This document shows, piece after piece, positions 10,373 to 18,029 of a DNA stretch of 64,000 nucleotides. The notes under the pieces are model-generated. The model did no database searches, was not told the origin of the DNA, and saw only the letters and a program-made list of their open reading frames with translations. The position numbers were made by a program, and so were the translations under genes. The DNA is from an uncultured Actinomycetota bacterium. GTDB lineage: Bacteria > Actinomycetota > Actinomycetes > Mycobacteriales > Jatrophihabitantaceae. The stretch's first letter is position 1. Each line of letters begins with the position of its first letter. The stretch is from the NCBI GenBank assembly GCA_963839995.1, contig CAWIXH010000011.1, forward strand, positions 6,152 through 70,151, in the 5' to 3' direction.

Positions 10373-10675
10373 GCTTACATAATGCAAGCATCGAGCAGGG
10401 ACGGCAAGTCGGCAACCCGCGTCCGACGCAAGCAACGAACACAGCTCAATACTGAGCGAGCACCGGTGTCCCATAACAACGGCGTCGCCAGCCGCCGAGT
10501 TCGCTGCAAGACGTGTCCCCGATTCGGCGGTACGGCTCGATCGCGTGATCACGGTCGGCGACGAGCTGGGCGTTCGAGCTGACGCTGGTTCTACGGTCGT
10601 CTCATCATTCGTTCTGCTGGGGCGCGGTCGCCTCTGCGGGTTCCGGGCCCTGGCCCGGTGCTGTGGAGGTGCCCG

Positions 10676-11607
10676 ATGACCGATTCAACCGTGCAGAGAT
10701 CAACGACCGCGGTGGCCATTCCGGTGGAGCCGCTGTTCAGCGGTGACGAACGGGCCGCGCTGGTCGGGTTCTTGGCTGGCTACTCCGGCCAGACCCGCGC
10801 CGCGTACACCCTAGATCTGCGCCAGTACACCTCCTGGTGTGCGAGCCACGGGCTGCACCTGTTCGCCGCGAAGCGGGCGGACATTGGGTGCTACGCCCGC
10901 GACCTCGAGGCGCGTGGTCGGGCCCGGGCGACGATCGCGCGGAGGTTGTGCACGGTGTGCGGGTTCTACCGCTACGCCGTCGAGGAAGACCTGTTGGATC
11001 ACTCCCCCGCCGCGCATGTGCGTCGGCCGCGGCTGGACTACGAATCGCACGCCACCGCGCTCGACCGGAACGAGGTCGGCGGCCTGCTGGTTGCCGCCGG
11101 ACTCGGCAAGCCGGTCGAGCACGCCCTGATCTCGCTGCTCATCCTGAACGGGCTGCGGATCGGCGAAGCGCTCGGCGCGAACATCGAAGCACTGGGTAGC
11201 GAGCGCGGACACCGCACCCTGACGGTGCTGCGCAAGGGCGGCAAGATCGTCACCATCCCGCTCGCCCCGCGCACCGCGCGGGCCATCGACCTGACCGTTG
11301 GGGAGCGGGTCGAGGGACCGATCTTCCTGCGCAGCGACGGGCAGCGGATGGACCGGCACGCCGCCTCCCGCATCGTGGCCGCGCCGCGAAGAAGGCTGGC
11401 CTCGGCAACAAGCGGATCTGCCCGCACACGCTGCGGCATGCGTTCATCACCGCCGCCCTGGACGCCGGTGTCCCGCTGCGCGACGTGCAAGAAGCCGCCT
11501 CGCACGCCGATCCGCGCACCACGATGCGTTACGACCGCGCCCGCGCCTCCCTCGACCGGCACGCCATCTATGTCGTCGCCGCCTACCTGGCCGGCGCGGC
11601 CCGCTGA
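10676..11607 (+). pseudogene. XerC/D-like tyrosine integrase with a 1-nt frameshift near 11379
   Basis: GGAGG at 10665-10669 and ATG at 10676. N-terminal SAM-like domain and the catalytic-domain start are in frame 1. The remainder, KKAGLGNKRICPHTLRHAFITAALDAGVPLRDVQEAASHADPRTTMRYDRARASLDRHAIYVVAAYLAGAAR*, is in the next frame, with its stop at 11605-11607. Confidence 0.8.
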
Positions 11608-11722
11608 TCCGTGCCCTGCTGGTCGGCGGCCTGCGACGAGCAGCTTGCGGCCGACCAGGCTGACACGACATCGGCGCGGGTATGAGGTTTACCGCATATG
11701 CTGTTGGTGCTATGTTGGTCTG

Positions 11723-12124
11723 GTGCTGATCGACTGGTCCGCCGAGTTCGACCTTTGGCTGGACCGGCTGGTCGAGCGAGCCGACGGCGGCGATGCGGCC
11801 GCCGGGACGCAGCTGGATCTGGTCTACGCCGAACTGGAGTATCTGCAGGAATTGAAGGAGGCGCCCGGTGAGGACACCGCGACGCTCAAACGCGTCCGGC
11901 AGTCCCGCAACAACCCGGTGTGGCGGGTCGCCCACCCGTTCCGGGCAGGTATCGCGGTCCGCCTCATCGTCTGGTTCCCGCCCGAGCGCCCCGACAACGT
12001 CGTGGTGGTCCTGTTCGCCGGCGACAAGGCGACCATGGGCGACGTGTTCTACGACAGCGTCGGTACCCGCGCCGATGCCGCGATCGCCAGCTATCGGATG
12101 CACAGCGAAGGAGAAACCCCATGA
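11723..12124 (+). CDS. Putative RelE/HigB-like toxin of a type II toxin-antitoxin pair
   Basis: GTG at 11723. VLIDWSAEFDLWLDRL...NPVWRVAHPFRAGIAVRLIVWFPPERPDNVVVVLFAGDKATMGDVFYDSVGTRAD. ATGA overlap with the following XRE gene. The family assignment is from memory only. Confidence 0.5.
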   Translation: MLIDWSAEFDLWLDRLVERADGGDAAAGTQLDLVYAELEYLQELKEAPGEDTATLKRVRQSRNNPVWRVAHPFRAGIAVRLIVWFPPERPDNVVVVLFAGDKATMGDVFYDSVGTRADAAIASYRMHSEGETP

Positions 12125-12486
12125 GTAAGCAGAACACCGCCTTCGTCGGCACCGACGCGGCGAGCGCGAAGCTGGACAAGCTGCGTGCCCGGCCGGGCAT
12201 GACGAAGCGGGCGGGCAAGATCCGCGAGGAGATGGCCGAGGCCGACCGGCGCTACGCCGACAGCCTGGCCGCCATTCGCCGCGCCGCCGACCTGACCCAG
12301 GTCGAACTCGCCACCCAGATGGGGGTCGCCCAGTCCGAGATCAGCCGCATCGAGAAACGCCACGACATGCTGCTGTCCACCCTCACCAGCTACCTCACCG
12401 CCGCCGGCGTGGCCCCGCGGGTCGTGATCACCATCGACGGGCAAGACATCGAACTCGACCTCACCGCCCTCGCCGCAGACCAGTGA
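12121..12486 (+). CDS. XRE-family HTH antitoxin
   Basis: AADLTQVELATQMGVAQSEISRIEKRHDMLLSTLTSYL is a Cro/C1-type HTH. The gene is translationally coupled to the upstream gene. Confidence 0.7.
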   Translation: MSKQNTAFVGTDAASAKLDKLRARPGMTKRAGKIREEMAEADRRYADSLAAIRRAADLTQVELATQMGVAQSEISRIEKRHDMLLSTLTSYLTAAGVAPRVVITIDGQDIELDLTALAADQ

Positions 12487-12540
12487 GCCGGGCACGGTCG
12501 ATCGCAGCCATCACACCGCACGGCGGGTAGGCGAGGCAGG

Positions 12541-13270
12541 ATGAGCGAACTGTTCGTGGCGCTCAACCCGGACACACCGATTCGCGCGGTTGCCGTACTT
12601 GCTGCGGCTCCCGCTCGGTGACGGGATGATCTTCCGCACGTCCGGGACCTGGTAGCCCACCAAAGCTCTCTACTGCTATCCGGTCGGCGCCGAGGAGTGG
12701 CCGGCCGAGCCGAAGATCGTCGAACGCGTTCCGGTGCGCTCCTGCGCCCGACGCGGCGCCGCGATCGACCTGGTGCTCGACCGTGGTCGGAAGAATCGCT
12801 GACAGATCGTGTTCACCACCGCTCGCGGCCGCGACGCGGTGTTCTGGCAATCGCCACGCACCCGAAAGCAAGCCCGCCCGAACGTCACCACGCCGGCGGC
12901 TCGCGCCGCCGGCATCGCCAAGCTCGACATCCTCGTCGACACCCGCGAGCAGTACGGCTACCGCTTCCCCACCCAGCAGGTCGCCACCGTTAAGCGGGCG
13001 CTGCCCTGCGGCGACTACGGCATCAGCATCGACGGCCGACTCGTCGCGGCGGTGGAGCGCAAGTCACTGCCCGACCTCGTCTCCAGCCTGCTCAACGGCA
13101 AACTGCGCGCAGCGGTCGTGGTCGAGGACCACTACTCGCAGATCTCCAAACTCAACTGGGTGCGGCCCGTGCTCGTCGCCGACGGCATCGCCGAACTGCA
13201 GGTGCGCTGGCCCAACGTGCCGATCGCCTTCGCCGAGACCCGACAACTGGCCGAGGAATGGACCTACCGT
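12541..13270 (+). pseudogene. ERCC4-nuclease-domain gene, 5' part: frameshift near 12575, in-frame TAG at 12653 and TGA at 12800, then cut by the RIT element
   Basis: MSELFVALNPDT (ATG 12541), then LPYLLRLPLGDGMIFRTSGTW*PTKALYCYPVGAEEWPAEPKIVERVPVRSCARRGAAIDLVLDRGRKNR*QIVFTTARGRD...LVDTREQYGYRF...GDYGI...AVERKSLPDLVSSL...AEEWTYR. Confidence 0.75.
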
Positions 13271-13376
13271 TATTACTCCGATTCCCGGGTTATTCCGATG
13301 TCGGCTCCTTCGCGCGTGTGATGGGCCTGCTGGGCTGGGATGACGGACTCGCGGAGCTGGCGCCTGTCGGAATAAA
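13271..13376. repeat. RIT left terminal inverted repeat (106 bp)
   Basis: tattactccgattcccgggttattccgatgtcgg...cctgtcggaataa matches the reverse complement of 20651-20756 with 3 mismatches by manual alignment. It holds TTATTCCGA and its inverse about 70 bp apart. Confidence 0.85.
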
Positions 13377-13472
13377 CCAGAGCGTCGGTTGCTCGCCTGG
13401 GACTTCTTCCCTGATTTTCTGCGCCCATGGTGATGGTGCCGCCATGTCCGTCCGGACCGGCGGTTCACCGGA

Positions 13473-14716
13473 ATGGAAGGACGTGCCATGGGGTCGATGG
13501 TGTCCGGGCTGGCTGAAGCCGTGCTCGGCGTGGCTGAGGGTGTGGGCTTGTCGAGCGACACGCTCGCTCGCTACGGCAAGTGCTGCGAGGCGGTCGTGGA
13601 GTTCTGCGACCAGCGGGACGTCGACGTGTTGTCAGTCAGGGTGGTCGAGGAGTTCGTCGCGTGCCAGGACGAGCGTGCGCGCCGCGGTGAGACCGGACGG
13701 AACAGGCGGAACGCTCTGGTGAGGTCAGCCCGCATGATGCTCGAGTTCCAGAGAACCGGTGCGGTCGCCTGGCGGGTGATGAGTCCGGGCCCTGATCTGA
13801 GCGAGAGCTCCTGTGAAGTCCTGGAACAGTTCGCCGCTGCAGCTGGCCTGGCTGTGGCCCGGGGATCGGTGAGACTGCTGGCCGGCGAGATTCGCCTCTT
13901 CCTGGTCTATCTCGACCGGATCGGCCGGGATGATGTCGGCGCGGTCACGGTCGAGGACGTCCGGGGGTTCATGGTCGAGATGGCGCCAAGGCGGCCTGCC
14001 GGCATGGGCAACGTGGTGTGGTCGCTGAAGAGGTTCTTCGCCTTCCTCAACGTCGCCGGGCTCAGCGACGTCCGCGTCGACGGCCTGCTCGCGTTTGCCG
14101 CGCCGCGGCGGGTACGTGCGCTGCCGTGCTTCACCCGTGAGGAGACCGACCGTCTGCTCGAGGGATCGAGACCGAGACCCCCTGCGGGAAGAGGGACTAC
14201 GCGATGGTATCGCTGGCGGTCTCGACCGGGCTGCGCTGCTGCGACATCGTGGCACTGCGCCTGGAGGAAATCGACTGGCACCGCGACGAGATCCGGCTGG
14301 TGCAGGCCAAGACATCCAAGCCGCTGGTGCTGCCGCTGCCAGCGCCGGCAGGCAACGCTGTCGCTGAGTGGATCTTGCACGGTCGACCTGACTGTGACGC
14401 CACGGAGGTGTTCGTCCGGCTCCAGGCGCCGTTCGTGAAGCTGGGGAACTCGACAGGCTCGACGCTCATGCGCCGCCGCCTGACCCGGGCCGGCATCGAT
14501 CACGTGGCCGGCGACGGCAAGTCGTTCCATGCCCTGCGGCGCACCGCCGGGACAAGACTCATCGAGTCCGGGGCGGGGCTGCCGCTGGCCGCGCAGATCC
14601 TGGGCCATGCCCGCATCGATTCCTCCCGCCGCTACTTCGCTTTGGCCAGCGAGCAGCTGCGCCAGTGCTGCCTGCCGCTGCAGGAGTTCGCCTGCATCAA
14701 GGAGGGGCTGCGGTGA
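13473..14716 (+). pseudogene. ritA: RitA-type tyrosine recombinase with a 1-nt frameshift near 14163 (GGG run)
   Basis: Frame 1 reads as far as ...TREETDRLLEG. It then continues in the next frame as IETETPCGKRDYAMVSLAVSTGLRCCDIVALRLEEIDW...FHALRRTAGTRLIESGAGLPLAAQILGHARIDSSRRYF. Confidence 0.75.
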
Positions 14717-15504
14717 GCACGTTCACCAGCAATTTCGCGCCCCACATCCAGGCGATGCTCGAATGGCGAACCTCGCTGGGACACAGCCTGCGTGACATGA
14801 GCAACGCCATGGCGAGTTTCGACAGGTTCTGCTCATCGCATCGCCCCAGCGAGACGGTCTTGACCCAGGAACTGGCGACCGCGTGGTGCCAGGACACGGC
14901 GACGGGCACGTGGGGCGCCTACCGCAGCCGCGCGGTCCGTGAGTTAGGCAAGTACCTCCAGCTGACAGGCGTGGATGGGTTCGTCGTGCCCTCCACATGG
15001 ATCTCCAGGCCGACCCGCGGCCTGCCGCACATGTTCACCGATATCGAGCTGGCCGCCTTCTTCAAGGCCGCCGACTGCGTCGACGCCGAGTACCGCAGCC
15101 CATTCCGCGAGTACACGATCCCGGTCATCTTCCGGCTGATTCTCAGCGCGGGACTACGCCCGCCCGAGGCCCGCCGCCTGCACCGCCACGACGTTGATGC
15201 CGACAACGCGATGGAGTGCTCCCCGGCCTGGCTCATCGCCAGCTACCACCGCTGCTGCGAGCGTGCCGGCGGGATCGCGCCTGGCTCAACCCCGTACACG
15301 CTGCGGCACAACTACGCCACTCGCACCCTGATGCGGTGGGTCGAAGAAGGCAAGGACATCGGCGCCTGGCTGCCATACCTGTCTGCCTACATGGGACACC
15401 AGAAGTACTGCTCGACGGCGTGGTACGTCCATCTGCTGCCCGAACGCCTCGCGGCAACCGGCCTGACCAGCGCGGCCGGGATCATCCCGGCGGTGGCCTC
15501 GTGA
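14713..15504 (+). CDS. ritB: RitB-type tyrosine recombinase; the ORF is intact but seems to lack about 35 residues (the beta-hairpin/Lys region)
   Basis: GTG at 14713 overlaps the ritA TGA. The catalytic Arg (SAGLRPPEA), HxxR (TLRHNYATR) and GH..Y (YMGHQKYCSTAWYVH) are present, but only about 40 residues separate DVD from RH. Confidence 0.65.
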   Translation: MSTFTSNFAPHIQAMLEWRTSLGHSLRDMSNAMASFDRFCSSHRPSETVLTQELATAWCQDTATGTWGAYRSRAVRELGKYLQLTGVDGFVVPSTWISRPTRGLPHMFTDIELAAFFKAADCVDAEYRSPFREYTIPVIFRLILSAGLRPPEARRLHRHDVDADNAMECSPAWLIASYHRCCERAGGIAPGSTPYTLRHNYATRTLMRWVEEGKDIGAWLPYLSAYMGHQKYCSTAWYVHLLPERLAATGLTSAAGIIPAVAS

Positions 15505-16409
15505 ACACCCGCCGGGAGGCTGCGGACAGCTTCTACCGGCACCTTCGCCAGTGGTTCACCGCGTTCCTTCCCCGCCAGCGCGGCGCAGCCGACAACACGA
15601 TCACCTCGTGCCGCCAGACCTGGAACATGCTGTTGGGCTACGTCGCCGGACATCACCACGTCGCAATCGAGAAGGTCACGTTCACGATGGTCGACCGGGT
15701 CACCGTCACCGGGTTCCTCGACCACATGCGGAGCACGAGGTCGTGGACGGCCACGACCTGCAACCAGCGCCTGGCATGCATCCGGTCGTTCTTCGCCTAC
15801 GCGGCGTCCGCCGAGCCGTCCCTCGCGATCTATCTCGCCGATCTCGCCGCCATCCCGAGGCTCAAAGGCCCAGCCGCGGCACCCGTGAAATACATGAGCA
15901 CCGACGCGGTCGCGGCGCTGCTCGCCGTCCCGGACCCGGGCACCCGGATCGGGCTGCGCGATCAGTTCTTCATGATCCTCATGTATGACCTGGCTGCCCG
16001 CGACGCCGAGATGCTCGCCATGAACCTCGCCGACATCGACACCAGGCGGCTCACCGTGGACCTGCTCGGGAAAGGCTCCAAACCAAGGCGTCTCCCCATC
16101 ACCAGCGAGACCGCCCAGCACTTCGGCCGCTACACCGCCGTGTTCCACCCCAGCCCGGAACCGGCGACCCCGATGTTCTACACCGTCCGTAGTCATCGTC
16201 TGACCCGGATGTCCGACGACAACGTCGCCAGGTTCATGCGCCAGCACGCCGCCACCGCCAAGACGAGATGTCCCGACATCCCTACCCGGGTCCACCCGCA
16301 CATGCTCAGGCACTCGCGGGCGATGCATCTCTACCGAGCCGGCATGCCCCTGGCCCTGCTCACCGAGTGGCTCGGGCACGCCGACCCCGAGACCACGCTC
16401 ATCTACGCG
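15501..16409 (+). pseudogene. ritC: RitC-type tyrosine recombinase, 5' 303 codons, interrupted after ...LGHADPETTLIYA
   Basis: GTG at 15501 overlaps the ritB TGA. As it stands the ORF runs into the inserted element and ends at 16472 with the tail NPRELHQMHDPNSALRQLVA. Confidence 0.85.
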
Positions 16410-16422
16410 AACCCTCGGGAAT

Positions 16423-16544
16423 TGCATCAGATGCATGATCCGAATTCGGCACTCCGGCAGTTGGTCGCCTGAAACACGTCTCGCGCCTGCTGGATATTCG
16501 GGCTTCGGGAGTGTCGGCTTGATCGTTTGATCCCGTCTGATGCA
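16423..16544. repeat. Left-end inverted TGCATCAGA / TCTGATGCA sites (candidate recombinase-binding sites)
   Basis: ttgcatcagatgcatgatc lies at 16422-16440 and gatcccgtctgatgcaggat at 16529-16548. Both blocks are conserved in the diverged sister copy, whereas the spacer between them is not. Confidence 0.5.
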
Positions 16545-17690
16545 GGATATGCCCACCAACTGGAGCTGGGGGTCGCGTTGCGGCGGGTGGGTTTGGCGGG
16601 CGCGGCGAGCGCCGAGCTGGTCGACGGGGTTCGGCAGCTGCGGCCGGAGGATGCGATGGTCGAGGCGATGTTGCGGGGCTGGCAGGCGCAGCAGGTAGCG
16701 CGTGGCCTGCGCGCGGAGACCGTCGGTTACCGGCAGCGGCTGGTGCGCCGGTTCATGGCCTTCACCAACGAGTACCCGTGGCAGTGGCGGCCGGGGCACG
16801 TGGACGAGTGGACGTTGATGTTGACCGCGGAGCGGCATCTGGCGGCGTCGACGATCCGTAACTACCAGACCGAGCTGCGGTTGTTCAGCGAGTACGTGTG
16901 CGACGGACGGTATGGCTGGGCGGCCGCGTGCGAGACGGAGTTCGGGCCGGGGGTGCATCCGGTACCGATCTGCCACGAGTGGAACACGATCACGCACCTG
17001 AACGAGTACGAGGGCGACCCGGAGGCCCGGCCGTTCACCCGGGCCGAACTGCAACGCTTTCTGGACTACGCCGATGAGCAGGTCGACCGGGCGGCGCAGG
17101 CCAGACGTAAGGGCGCGTTGGCGGCCTACCGGGACGCCACGCTGTTCAAGGTGGTCTACGGGTGGGGACTGCGGCGCACCGAGACCTCGAAGCTGGATCT
17201 GGCCGACTGGGGCCGCAACCCGGCTGCGCCGGAGTTCGGCCGGTTCGGGATGCTGCACGTCCGCTACGGCAAGGCGGTGCGCGGCCAGCCACCCCGGCGG
17301 CGCAACGTGCCCTCGGTGTTCGGCTGGGCAGTGGAGGCGGTGAGCGATTACGTCGAGAACATCAGGCCCCGTTTCGGGGCGGTAGATCATCCGGCGTTGT
17401 GGGTCACCGAACGCGGTGGCCGGATCAAACCCGCAGAGATCAACGCCCGGTTCGTTGCCTACCGTGATGCGCTCGGGCTGCCCCGCGAGCTGACGCCCCA
17501 TTCGCTCAGGCACTCGTTCGTGACCCACCTTACGGAGAACGGGGCCGACCGCCGGTTCATCCAGGAGGCCGTCGGACATCGCTGTGACACGTCCACGGCG
17601 ATCTATACCCACGTGTCCGGGGACTTCATGAACACCGCGCTGCGCAAGGCACTCACCCCGGCCTTCGAGCCAGATGCCCAGGTTCGGTAA
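16527..17690 (+). CDS. Tyrosine integrase of the element (387 codons as listed; true start uncertain)
   Basis: RRTETSKLDL (Arg), HSLRHSFVTHL (HxxR) and VGHRCDTSTAIYTH (His..Tyr). Confidence 0.85.
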   Translation: MIPSDAGYAHQLELGVALRRVGLAGAASAELVDGVRQLRPEDAMVEAMLRGWQAQQVARGLRAETVGYRQRLVRRFMAFTNEYPWQWRPGHVDEWTLMLTAERHLAASTIRNYQTELRLFSEYVCDGRYGWAAACETEFGPGVHPVPICHEWNTITHLNEYEGDPEARPFTRAELQRFLDYADEQVDRAAQARRKGALAAYRDATLFKVVYGWGLRRTETSKLDLADWGRNPAAPEFGRFGMLHVRYGKAVRGQPPRRRNVPSVFGWAVEAVSDYVENIRPRFGAVDHPALWVTERGGRIKPAEINARFVAYRDALGLPRELTPHSLRHSFVTHLTENGADRRFIQEAVGHRCDTSTAIYTHVSGDFMNTALRKALTPAFEPDAQVR

Positions 17691-17699
17691 GGAGATTCG

Positions 17700-18026
17700 A
17701 TGACACGCAAACTGGATTACCGGTGGAACCTGCGGCAGGTAATGGCCACCCAGGGCATGTTCGCCACCACCGACCTGATCGACCCGCTCGCCGCTCGCGG
17801 GATCCGGCTGTCCTCCAGCCAGGTCTACCGGCTGGTCGTCGAGCGGCCGGAGCGGCTGAGCTTGAAGATCCTCATGGCGTTGCTGGACATCATGGACTGC
17901 TCGATGGACGAGCTGATCGAACCAGTCGCCGCTGGCTCGCCGGCCCGCAAGCGCCGTGCGGCCGGCGGCTCGGAGACCGGGATCGGGACGCTGCGCCCGA
18001 AGCCGGCGCGCATCACCCGCAGCTGA
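17700..18026 (+). CDS. Small Cro/C1-type HTH protein of the element
   Basis: MTRKLDYRWNLRQVMATQGMFATTDLIDPLAARGIRLSSSQVYRLVVERPERLSLKILMALLDIMDCSMDELIE. Confidence 0.75.
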   Translation: MTRKLDYRWNLRQVMATQGMFATTDLIDPLAARGIRLSSSQVYRLVVERPERLSLKILMALLDIMDCSMDELIEPVAAGSPARKRRAAGGSETGIGTLRPKPARITRS

Positions 18027-18029
18027 TCG

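Noticed and set aside
16410-16469. NPRELHQMHDPN... recurring at the C-terminus of three recombinase ORFs looked at first like a conserved protein motif.
   Set aside because: It is the translation of the mobile element's first 60 nt. The nucleotide identity starts abruptly at the same base in all three cases, and the upstream genes are otherwise unrelated there.
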